Positions 11,201 through 21,200 of a DNA stretch of 64,000 bases are shown one piece after another (position 1 is the first letter of the stretch; the number at the start of each line of letters is the position of its first letter). This DNA is from a virus. Taxonomy: Duplodnaviria; Caudoviricetes. The notes beneath the pieces are model-generated. The model was not told the origin of the DNA. It ran no database searches and was given only the letters and a program-made list of their open reading frames with translations. The DNA lies in the IMG/VR virus record IMGVR_UViG_3300028833_000111, positions 30,801 to 94,800 of that record. One strand, written 5' to 3'. A program made the position numbers and the translations under genes.

Positions 11201-11411
11201 AAATGGAGCATTTTATGTAACCCAGCAAATTAATTTCTTTTTGAGAAGACAAGACCCTAAAAAAGAAAATCTTGGAGATAATAAGATGGATATACCAGAT
11301 ATAGAAGATAAATTTGATTATGTGCCAGATGGAGAAGATATAAACAATTATCCTAATTTTATACCTGATGATAAAACTAATTATGAGGAAACAGAAATAG
11401 AAACATGTTAA
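8217..11411 (+). CDS. Large virion structural protein (tail/baseplate region)
   Basis: 1064-aa ORF in tightly coupled structural operon. Confidence 0.55.
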   Translation: METTNKILLNSSVNRKNVNENMSLNVNLYGNRKLLPEDSINDSLDSYNVFLDERKSSNKFRLILTIYPYCSNVLFNPFTEIVKYEGSKDVKVLNYESPMTTSQLESYIGNPGCIIGKKHDTSFKWNVTQRREKSVPSNYEAIRDTQLSNANCGFDYHCGIDIFNNHIMRKKTFKAVNYNENNSPKSVGNFGEAYKNGNYRDVLVNELGIPHVYIDGDFNTIDDYMRDRDGHIVSQHFPKIMEGGFSHQRTRIPDGTEAIIERTIFPLHLYQGYDIFSFNEAIKERLLDDNGWYGFSNQSTTNTIKLIDTDNGGSISAVGDESDINKTINNRIYCDYIDLYPGRNLFSFTPIYNSFRKRLEKNWNYCLTYPSESITSIPGGGEFPFFRTDSNGNISLKVYMFDEGTKDDDETDLLTVYSVCQHGLKEGDTVNIYKGNELFYESTEVYKIVDKYVFQVIKDSGNMSDMWVEVEDRTAQGTRIANPVGANDYISGKTSGGVYVTNGKRYPICESNRCNIDPNAQDIHFRRVVNDVECEYYVRKFSRLPNFKFKDEEVNEYSLYDDKYKEKVGTNRRKNENRIPLIKRFSNPTDSNSDFENHISKVGFSNTAYNDDVTQIVYTDDIDISYLKDNLGRPLSDIFLTIVKNNKGYREWYGIGKSLQPESDLVEYSHCFGKVNSSFLLSDYFRENVDNSLAIQDVRDITATNKKGIKMFTSTNNVSGDIVKTNSFNDADEIDFDNTWSYYGDICCYSPLDCDEQIIQTSMNRFNTVQRELFNLNGKALEYYNKGVIVYDEIKDTEHNLIYSNSGGGDPYNLFKDRTLKHTKQVAVGNSLNNLMTAEEGYYYQAHYRIPLKTVSKSVKSDKAIEYEIEDVKNTEKSIGGRKIFEFKTKYENDFVRNDKSVLYKRSTNEYFYLSVYEISSSTRFTCVINDEDFKTVSSIQGLLNKDNIDDYVIIKKSEGVPSYARLVKDGSCRYYWREILSNGIEDDSKVYPFTNGAFYVTQQINFFLRRQDPKKENLGDNKMDIPDIEDKFDYVPDGEDINNYPNFIPDDKTNYEETEIETC

Positions 11412-14392
11412 AATACAAAGTTAGACCTTCTAAGGAAACCGAATTTATGGATTTCCCTATAAGAGAATTTTATGTATCTCCTGATTTAAACTATATATCA
11501 GGAGTAACTGATTATAATGTTGGCCTTGTTGATGGGGAAGAAGTTGTAATAAGGAGTCCTTATTTAATTGGTGATGAAATTAATACAATAAATGCAAAAA
11601 CTGTGTTTACTCAAGGTAAAGTTGGAGTAAAAATAACTTTACCTGTTTCTTCTATTACAAAAACAATGCGTTTTGATGTTTTAACTGATTCTGATGGATG
11701 CTATTATGTTAATAAAAATAAAAAAAATAGGATAGATTGTAACAATGATAATTATTCAGGTGGATATTTTTTTGAAGAAGTAGAAGAAAAATATGTAGAG
11801 TACAGAGGCGATATTTCTTATTTTTTTCATGGCGAAATAACAGGTTATCTTGTTGGCCATAAGTTTTACCAAGCAAATTATAATGATTCTTTCATTAATA
11901 TTGAAACTTATGTTCCTATAGAAGATGGTAAAATGACTATAGGAGATTATGTATATTATATAGAATTTAGAAAAGAAAATGGAAAACCAGAAATAACACT
12001 TAACAAATATAGTGACCCAATTAAAGGTAATGAATTTATAGGTTTATTAAATGGCTATTCATGCACAACAATGTCAGATACAGATGGTAGTGTTTTTATT
12101 AAAGAATATAAATCTAAAGATTGGAAAAGAGTAACAAATTTCAGTATAATAAAGCATGAAAACCCAAAACTTGAGCCTGATGACGTGATGTATGGGGGTT
12201 ATAGGCATTATGCTACTTATCAAGATGAAAATTATTATCTAAAAGACGTTTATCTTGATAATGACTATGTTGGTTATGGGATTATGATGGGGAATACGTT
12301 TTATGAAAACATTCCTGGCACTGTAGTCGATGATGTTTATGAAGCCCATAAAGATTTAATTTTTACAGATAATACAATTTATTTGCCTGAAACTGATGAA
12401 TATTTAGAAGTTAATAATAGTTTAGTGTCATTTACTGGAGGAGGTAAAATTATGCTATTTATTGATACTACAGAACATTCAGATATAGAAGTTGGTAATT
12501 TTATAATAGCTGAAAGTAACTCTCCTTTATATGTAGAAAAAACAGTAGAAGAAGATGAAAATAGAAAGTATATAACATATTGCAATAATAGATATGACGT
12601 TAAAGAACATATTTGCGATAAAGTTTTAATAGACGGCGTTGAATTTCCTTTAACGTATTTAAATGATGAAAGGACAAGTGCATCAACTATAATAAATGGT
12701 GAGACTTTGTATCTTGAAGTGTCTTCATCTAAAGCAAGGCTAACGAATGATGTTTACTACAAGTCAAACAATTCTGCATCTAATGTTATGGTTGAATATG
12801 GAAAGAATAAAAATTGGTATACAGTAATCGAAAATAGTGGTGTAACAATAAATGATATTAACTATCCATTACAAAAAAGAGAATTCGAAGATGACGAAAG
12901 TAATGAAGTGACATATTCATATTATGTTGAACTTTATGAAATAGTAAAAGAAACATTTGAAGTAGTTGAATTAAATGGTTCAAGCACATATGTATGTTAC
13001 CCTGTTGTTAATATTGATTTATTGACGAATTATGAAGAAGACCAATTCCAAAGGGAAATAACATCAATTGTTGTAGATAATTGGAAATCATTCAATTTTA
13101 CATTAAGAAAAGACACTTTTGGAAAAAATCCATTTACACCAGGAAATGGCTTAGATAATGCATTAAAATCTGAAAAGCCTTATTCTACTTCTGATGCATC
13201 ATTATTGGAAAATAAAATAAAGATACTAAGAGTTCAAAATTATTTGACATTTAAATTTCCTTTATTAAATAAAACTGCTAATAATTTAAATAGGGATGAT
13301 ATTATAAAAAATGATTTTGTTAATGATATAAAAAGGGGCGTTGTTAATGAAGTTGTTGACATGGAGAAAGATGTTTATTATCCGGTTTATAAAACAGATA
13401 AAGGATTTAAGCCAATAAATCAACTTAGGTTTAATCTTCATTTTAGAACAAGAACCCTTGATAATTGGAAAATAATTGAAGATGATAGAGAATTTAAAGA
13501 TACAACTACATTAAATTCTGAAATGTCAAATTGGTTTATTATTGATTATGATTATTATAAAAATGAATTTAAAGGCGAAAAGATTAAGTTACAAAACGCA
13601 TCAGATTTAATTGGTTTGATGAATTTTTCAACAAACGAAGTTAAAAATCAAGCTAAAAAAATTTCAAAATCATTTTTGAGGCTTTCTTATTATAGTACAA
13701 ATGACAAAAAAACACAAGTATTATTAGCCACTTCTACAATTTTTCTTGATGAAAATTATTTGTATAAAAGGTATATAGATTCACATAGAGTTGCAGATTT
13801 GGATTATGTTGATGTTAAGGATATGCAGCTATTAAATCTTTCAGTAGAAGAGGCAATATCACCTGTGATTACAAATTGTAGCGAGGTATATAGTGATGCT
13901 TATCTTAATGATAATTTAAGACTAAGCAGTAGATTTACAGTTAATGACAAATACAATACAAGGACTTCATCAGAAGGATATTACATATATATGTTTAAAG
14001 ATTATGCTAAAAAAATGCGTGAGCAAACAATTTATTTAAGCATAGAATTTAATCATGCAGGAATCGGTAAGACAGTGCAATTCATGTACCCAAGAAAGCC
14101 TATAAGTGGAGATGACGATGGCTTAGGTAGACCTCTTTATTTAGATAGCACTAGTGATGTTAAAACGCTTAAAGAAGGTTTTAAAATTAATGATATTTAT
14201 AAACAAATTTACATTCCAATTAATGTTATATATGATGAAGAAAACAACAAATATGTTTATTATTTACCTGATAGTATAAGGGAAAATGAAAAATTAGGTG
14301 TTGAAGACGAAATAATGGAATTTAATTTGTTTGAAATAAAATACGCTAATGAAGCATTAATAGAAAATTATAATGAAGATAATAAGTACTAA
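11405..14392 (+). CDS. Large virion structural protein
   Basis: 995-aa beta-rich ORF overlapping its neighbours. Confidence 0.55.
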   Translation: MLKYKVRPSKETEFMDFPIREFYVSPDLNYISGVTDYNVGLVDGEEVVIRSPYLIGDEINTINAKTVFTQGKVGVKITLPVSSITKTMRFDVLTDSDGCYYVNKNKKNRIDCNNDNYSGGYFFEEVEEKYVEYRGDISYFFHGEITGYLVGHKFYQANYNDSFINIETYVPIEDGKMTIGDYVYYIEFRKENGKPEITLNKYSDPIKGNEFIGLLNGYSCTTMSDTDGSVFIKEYKSKDWKRVTNFSIIKHENPKLEPDDVMYGGYRHYATYQDENYYLKDVYLDNDYVGYGIMMGNTFYENIPGTVVDDVYEAHKDLIFTDNTIYLPETDEYLEVNNSLVSFTGGGKIMLFIDTTEHSDIEVGNFIIAESNSPLYVEKTVEEDENRKYITYCNNRYDVKEHICDKVLIDGVEFPLTYLNDERTSASTIINGETLYLEVSSSKARLTNDVYYKSNNSASNVMVEYGKNKNWYTVIENSGVTINDINYPLQKREFEDDESNEVTYSYYVELYEIVKETFEVVELNGSSTYVCYPVVNIDLLTNYEEDQFQREITSIVVDNWKSFNFTLRKDTFGKNPFTPGNGLDNALKSEKPYSTSDASLLENKIKILRVQNYLTFKFPLLNKTANNLNRDDIIKNDFVNDIKRGVVNEVVDMEKDVYYPVYKTDKGFKPINQLRFNLHFRTRTLDNWKIIEDDREFKDTTTLNSEMSNWFIIDYDYYKNEFKGEKIKLQNASDLIGLMNFSTNEVKNQAKKISKSFLRLSYYSTNDKKTQVLLATSTIFLDENYLYKRYIDSHRVADLDYVDVKDMQLLNLSVEEAISPVITNCSEVYSDAYLNDNLRLSSRFTVNDKYNTRTSSEGYYIYMFKDYAKKMREQTIYLSIEFNHAGIGKTVQFMYPRKPISGDDDGLGRPLYLDSTSDVKTLKEGFKINDIYKQIYIPINVIYDEENNKYVYYLPDSIRENEKLGVEDEIMEFNLFEIKYANEALIENYNEDNKY

Positions 14393-17282
14393 AATTTCTT
14401 ATGATGATTTAATATCTAAACTTCCAGGTATTATACCTTCAATAGTTAACTATTGGAGTTTACCACAATTATATAATTGTGGAAATTATAATGAAGGGGA
14501 AAAGTATTATAATCATTCATCTGCCGTAAAAAGAGCTTATGAGTTCAATGTTAATGAATCAGAACTAGAATATGGTACTTATTTCGTTGAATTTGATAAG
14601 AAAAACTTAATAGATTTGCCTACAGCTAATTATGGACTAATACCTTCTGATGTTATAATACCAAAAGAAATTGCTGAAAAAATAACAGCAGAAACAGATT
14701 TTTATGTTAACATACCTGATAAAAATGGTGGCTTTTATGATTTGTCTTGGCCAAAAAAGAAGTCAGACCCGCATTATGAAGGTAGAAAAATAATAAGTGG
14801 AGGTACAGAAATAAAAATACTTACATATTATACTCTTAATAAATGGTATGCTTTTTTTAAAGAGTATTACGATAAAATAAAAAGAAAGGATTTCCCTGTA
14901 ACGTATGATTCTGCTGTTGAATTTTATGAAAAGGAATATAAAGTAAAAAATGCTGATTTAAGAAAAAAATATGAAGAATTAGATGCCATTTGTGAATCAA
15001 GAGGTGGAAAAGAAATGTATGATTGGATTTCAAATAATTGTATTGTTCAATATATTATACCAGAAAACCTTGTAGATGAATGGCACACAACTTATTTGTA
15101 TTTTCCTGATGCGTTAAAATGGTATGAGTGGTTTAAAGAAAGATATGAAAAATATGATAAGGTTTTATATTTAGAAGACTGTAAAGATACAGAAACTTGT
15201 GATGATTGTCTTGAATATTTAAGGCTTGGAGGCGCAGATTTTTTTGCTGGAGAAGACAGAAAAGGAGGATTAAAGGCTTTTATTGAAAATATAACTTTAA
15301 ACCAATCGTATGCTACAAAATCAGCCTCAATAACAATACCAATAACAATAACAAGTTCTATTGATGATTTGGGCGAAATGGCCATTTTATCAAGTGAATG
15401 GAATGAAGAAACTAATTATCATAATACTTTATCAGAAAAAGGATATAGCACTAATGGGCTAAAAGGTGGTACTATGGTTCATAGCGCTTATGAGTTAGAT
15501 GAAAATGGAGATAAGGTTTTATTACCAGATACATATATGATAACAAACGGCTCTAATAAAGGTTATACATATAACGAATTTTACGAAAACGTTTGGACTG
15601 AGAGCAATTGGACACCATACACAGAGTATTATAGGGATGACCTTCATAAAGAAGAATTTTATTCTACTGCATACAAAGATGGAAATACTAAAGTTGAAAT
15701 AACAGGATATACAATTTCCCCAATTAACGGAAAAATGATATATAATCCAATAGATGATGATGTTAAAGAAGAAATAGAAATAAACATAATAGAATCAACT
15801 TGTATTGATGGTATAACTTATAACGTAATTAAAGGAAAATATGTTGAATTATGTTATGACACTGAAAGGTTTGCAAATTTAAAATATAAAAAGCATAAAA
15901 AATTACAAATATTTAAAGATGGTGATTTGGAATATGCTGTTTTAAATGGCAAAAGAAAATATATTGAATTAAATTCTGAAGGTGAAGAAAGAATTTACTT
16001 TTTAAGAGAATCTAATTGTTACGATGAAGGGTGTGTTGTTAAAAACGGAGAATATATTATTTTTGATGAATGCCTTTATTTGGTAGAAAATAAAAAGGTA
16101 ACAATACAAGAAGATGAAGCCAAAAGAATATATTCTATTGTAGATGGGTACTTTAACATAAATGACAATAGATTTTACATATCAGGAAACACTGTTGTTT
16201 TACCTAAAGAATATTCTTATAATGAAGATAGTAATTCATATATTTTTGATTTTAGGGAATTAACTAAAATGGAAATGACTGTTATGAACTTTAAAAAATT
16301 AGTAATAAAAGATGATATACTTACAATATATTATATATATGAAGTTACTGATTGTACAAAAATAAGTGGAAGAACTGACTCTAAAGCAGATTTATTGAGA
16401 AGAAAAGAAATAACAACAGATGATTTGGGAAATGAATTACCTGGTTATTTTAGAAGCATTGTAAGCATAGATGGAGGAAAAGACCAATCAAGATACAACG
16501 TGCCATATGATGAATGCACATTAGATATATTGTATAAAGTTGGAGAAGTATCTGATTTATATCCTAATGAAAATTTATCAACAAATGGAAGCAAATTTTA
16601 TGATGGAAATATTTTAACAAATATTGTTTTTTATTATAAAGACATTTATGGAAAAACTGTTATATCAGTAAACGCTGATAATGATAACGCTTTAGATGCT
16701 ATAAAAAGATGTGAACAATTATATGAAACAAAAAGTAAAACTGATGATACCATAGTTAATGTGCTACTTTGCGATATAACATATTATTTAGGCGCAGTTA
16801 TACAAAAAATAAACGATAACTATAGATTGGCATCAAATTATCATAAAGGCGTTAAATATGTTGATACTGTATATGTTTCAAAATCAGTAGGAACTTATTA
16901 TTTAAACGAAGATAGAAGTTTTACTTTCAATTATTACTTACTAACGCAAGATGTACAAAAATTGCAGATAAGTGATTTTAATGCTGCTGTAGATTGGGAC
17001 ATTTCAACATATTTTGAAATGGTTCCTAGATTATATTATAAAAAAGGGGTTAGTAATGATAACTATGCAGGATGGTATGACAATAATAATATAATCGTAG
17101 CTCCATTATTTAGAAATGAATATAATTTGGCTTCTTCTTATCCTCAAAATGTAGATGCTAATATTTATATAGATAGAGGTATAAGCGCAGCGTTTGAAAA
17201 GCATTTAAAATTGCAAGAGGTTAGAACTATGGAAAGCCTCATGAACCTTCAAAATGGAGGCTTTAAAATAAATGAGTATTAA
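14373..17282 (+). CDS. Large virion structural protein
   Basis: 969-aa ORF; operon context. Confidence 0.55.
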   Translation: MKIISTKISYDDLISKLPGIIPSIVNYWSLPQLYNCGNYNEGEKYYNHSSAVKRAYEFNVNESELEYGTYFVEFDKKNLIDLPTANYGLIPSDVIIPKEIAEKITAETDFYVNIPDKNGGFYDLSWPKKKSDPHYEGRKIISGGTEIKILTYYTLNKWYAFFKEYYDKIKRKDFPVTYDSAVEFYEKEYKVKNADLRKKYEELDAICESRGGKEMYDWISNNCIVQYIIPENLVDEWHTTYLYFPDALKWYEWFKERYEKYDKVLYLEDCKDTETCDDCLEYLRLGGADFFAGEDRKGGLKAFIENITLNQSYATKSASITIPITITSSIDDLGEMAILSSEWNEETNYHNTLSEKGYSTNGLKGGTMVHSAYELDENGDKVLLPDTYMITNGSNKGYTYNEFYENVWTESNWTPYTEYYRDDLHKEEFYSTAYKDGNTKVEITGYTISPINGKMIYNPIDDDVKEEIEINIIESTCIDGITYNVIKGKYVELCYDTERFANLKYKKHKKLQIFKDGDLEYAVLNGKRKYIELNSEGEERIYFLRESNCYDEGCVVKNGEYIIFDECLYLVENKKVTIQEDEAKRIYSIVDGYFNINDNRFYISGNTVVLPKEYSYNEDSNSYIFDFRELTKMEMTVMNFKKLVIKDDILTIYYIYEVTDCTKISGRTDSKADLLRRKEITTDDLGNELPGYFRSIVSIDGGKDQSRYNVPYDECTLDILYKVGEVSDLYPNENLSTNGSKFYDGNILTNIVFYYKDIYGKTVISVNADNDNALDAIKRCEQLYETKSKTDDTIVNVLLCDITYYLGAVIQKINDNYRLASNYHKGVKYVDTVYVSKSVGTYYLNEDRSFTFNYYLLTQDVQKLQISDFNAAVDWDISTYFEMVPRLYYKKGVSNDNYAGWYDNNNIIVAPLFRNEYNLASSYPQNVDANIYIDRGISAAFEKHLKLQEVRTMESLMNLQNGGFKINEY

Positions 17283-17296
17283 AAGTTTTAAAATTA

Positions 17297-18202
17297 ATGA
17301 ATGGTGTATATGGAACAACTGTTCCGGCAAGAATAACTAGTAATGATGTAGATATATTCTATGCTTATCATGAAACAAGGAATAGTGATAGTGTTGAAAA
17401 TGCTGTTTTTACAAAATTACCATCATCAATATTAAGTGATGTAATTTATGACGGAGAAAGCGGCTCAACTGATAATATTCTTGAAGGACTTTATAATTTA
17501 AAATTGCCTTTGCAATATTTTAATAGAAAAGGGTTTTATACTGTATATATAAAGCCAAAAGAAATACCTGCTGTTATTGCTGATGTTAGTACTTTAACAT
17601 CATTCCCAAGCGTTAGAGGCATTATTTTGGACAGCACAGCCGGTGGAATAGATAGCGCATTAACAAATAAGATTACGACAAATAATTCTTTGGTAGGATA
17701 TAGAATTATATATTTAAGCGATAATGGAGACAGAGAAGACTATTTTAGATTGGTGACAAGTAATAATAAGTGTGAGCCTATTATACAGACTTCTAACGAT
17801 TCAAGCAATAAATCATATACATATAGGTATAATGAAAGCTCAACATTATCATTTTTAACGTTAACACCTTCATCTGCTCCTAGTTATAAAGCAAATGCTG
17901 CTCCATTTATAGGAAAGCCAACACAAAGGATTTTGTTGGTAAATACAATGTTTGAGCCTGTAATGTTAGATATTGAAATGACAGAGCATGATTTGAATAC
18001 TATGGCTTACATGCTAGAAGGTTCACAAGTTAGAGACCTTGATAATGGTTTGGTTACTACATTTGATGAAAATAATCAGATTTATCATCAGACAGAACAT
18101 TATACCCTTAAAGATAGTGCAACAGGAAAACCTGTATTTGAAGTTAAAAAGAATAAAGTTGATGGTATAGACTTTACCCAGACAATTGAAGACAAGCTAT
18201 AA
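17297..18202 (+). CDS. Structural protein (baseplate region)
   Basis: 301-aa ORF in operon. Confidence 0.55.
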   Translation: MNGVYGTTVPARITSNDVDIFYAYHETRNSDSVENAVFTKLPSSILSDVIYDGESGSTDNILEGLYNLKLPLQYFNRKGFYTVYIKPKEIPAVIADVSTLTSFPSVRGIILDSTAGGIDSALTNKITTNNSLVGYRIIYLSDNGDREDYFRLVTSNNKCEPIIQTSNDSSNKSYTYRYNESSTLSFLTLTPSSAPSYKANAAPFIGKPTQRILLVNTMFEPVMLDIEMTEHDLNTMAYMLEGSQVRDLDNGLVTTFDENNQIYHQTEHYTLKDSATGKPVFEVKKNKVDGIDFTQTIEDKL

Positions 18203-18204
18203 AA

Positions 18205-21200
18205 ATGGCAAAATACATAAAATCTCATAGTAATTACGTTATAAGAACGAAACATCAAGCTACAAATGATGGTACTATCTTTGAAAGAGATATTACCACC
18301 ATTGGTGGCCGTGACCAATTCGCACGTGGTCAAGTTCCTATATATAAAACTGGTAACTTTGTTATTACCATAAATAATGATAGGAGCGACTACAATAAAA
18401 AGTCAGAAATGGATTGGCAAAGAAATGATGAAGGAGAAATATGGACTCTTAATAATTTAAGAAATTTTGAAAAAGATGAAAAAACATCTGACGATAGAAA
18501 AATTGTTATTAAGAAAGATTATTATGATATTCGTGATTTTGCTTATTATGGTTCTTGTGCTGAATTAATGAGAGGCTCCGTTAACAATATATTAAAAAAT
18601 TATCCCGGAGAACTTTTTATACCTTACGAAACTTTGTATATTGGAGAAGATGGAAGCGTTCAATATACTAAAGAAGCAGCTGATTTAGCGTTTGGTGAAG
18701 GAAATTATAAAATAGAAAGGAGAGGTATAAAAGGCTATTATACTTCCTTTGAAAAAAGAAAATCAAGGATAATAGAGTATGATTGCGATGGAGTCATTGA
18801 AGAGCATGAATTAAAAACAGTATCTCTTTTACTTGACGAAGATGAACTAACAGAGGAAGAGTTAGAAGAACTTGAAATGGGAATACCATATACAAGGGAA
18901 TTCAAATATCTTACTGACGAATTTGGAAATCTTTTAAAAGATGATAATGGAAATATAATAGGAATTAAAAGTCTTTCTCTTATAGATAATCCATTTGGTA
19001 TTAATATACATGATAAATTTGTTCCAGAAGGAGCAAATCCATTAAGGTATTTTGCTGAAGGGGGCATTAATAACTATGTAGGCTATTTAAAGCTAAACGA
19101 TGATGATAAAATTGATATTGATGGAGAGTGGAAGATTGATGCTGAACATGAATATACTATTACAATAGAAAGTATAGTATTAGATGGAATAGGAGAAAAA
19201 GTATTTAGAGAAGAAACATTCAATGCCGATGGTAGTCTTTGCCCAAATGATGAATGTTTAAGCAATTTAAACGTAAACTTGCTTGCTTTTGAGGAAGTTG
19301 AGAAAAAATTTGGATGTATACTTGAATGCTTAGACCCAGGTAAATATATTGGAAGAATAGAATTATGCTTTAGAAAAAATCATTATACATTTAAAACTAC
19401 CCCTGGTTTACAAAGGGATGAAAATGGAGAGCCTATCATAGATTGCTGTGATGGGTCTTTGGAGTTTGATAGTGGTGATGGATTAGATGCAGATACTGAA
19501 ATAGAAGGTAAATATAAAGGAGAAGATACTCAAGTAGATTCTTTCATTGTTGATGACTGTGAATATAGATTAACAATCTATATGTTTATGGGTAATAACA
19601 ACGAAATAAAATATCTAGTTGAAGATGTTGACCAAGCAGGAAACATAGATTTTAATTTTGGTGACGAAGATAGCCCTTGCGTTACTGATGAGGCATCAGC
19701 AATTACTGATTTTGGCGGAAGTTTTTATTGGAAAAACTTTGTTTCAAGAATAAGACCAACAGAAGAAATAATTGATGATTATTTTGATAATCTAGATTTA
19801 TTTGAAAAAACATTGTTAAATAGATATAGTGACCCACTATATACTGCGACATTTGAATTACTGTCAGACAATGATTTTGGAAATTATACATATATAAGAC
19901 AATTCACATTCCCAACTACATATGGAGGATGGAACTTGGGTTCTGCAACAAAAGCATTCACAACATATATAAACTCTTTATCAGAAGTTGGAGAATATTA
20001 TGATTCTAAATACACTGATAACTTATGGCGTTCAATGACGCATGAGTCTATTAAAAACTTTGACTGGACATATACAAGGCATTATACTCCTGGAGAAGAA
20101 GAACCTTATACTGAAGCCGGAACTAAAATTCAAAAAATAATAAGATTATACGGTAGAGAATTCGATGAGGTTAAATCCTTCATAGAGGCTATTGATGACT
20201 TTAACACAATAACTTATGACGATGTAAATAATTTACCTGACTATTTCTTCTCTGATAAACTTGAAGAACAAGGATGGGACGTTAAATTTATACATACTTT
20301 ACATTTATCTGAATATATAAATGGTCATATGTCTGTGCCTGTTGATATACATAGACTATTTAAAGAAAAATATGATGAGGATGGAAATAGGATATGCACA
20401 GAGGACGCAGAGAAAATGAATTATTTCTATGACCATCCACTTAAAGGCCCTGATACGCATGACATAAATGAAACGTTTAATGTAAATGTTGATGATTTAT
20501 GCGCAACATCTGATTGTTATACAGACTTTGATATAGGGCTACAGGCTTTGCAAACCGATGAAGATATTACTGAATATTTTGAAAGACATAAAATAACTAT
20601 ACAAAGAGTATTCAATACTGAGAAGATAACAGTAGTACCATACAGTTGCTCAAATATTACAACCATTAAGGAAACTAAATATAGTAAAAAATATTTTGAT
20701 AACAATAAATCAATAGTTGATTTTGAATTTGACAAAGAAGAATTAGACCCATGTCTTCTTGATGGCGATTTTGACATGCAATCAATAGTTAAAACAGGTG
20801 AAAATGTTAGAAATGGATACCATAATGATTGCGGCGAAATTATAAGAATTTATTGTGACGAAGAAAAATATACTTCTGATGATGTTAATAATGAATTCAT
20901 GAAAAGACTTTACTTAAATAGCCCTGAAATATGGAGGCATAAGGGAACTATTGAAGGTATGGAAATGCTTTTATCAATGTTTGGACTTAGAAGCAAAAAT
21001 AGAGTATTAACAGATGAAAAGTATTTTGTAAATCAAAAAGACCTTGAAAATGTAGATACTAATATTATATTTGACGTTGATAAAACTGAATTAAATTCTT
21101 GTTCATTATCAAACATAATAAATTTAACAGCAGAAAAAGGAAGTTGCTTAGCTACAACTGATTTGGGTAAAACATATTATAAAAATTATGAAGATAAACT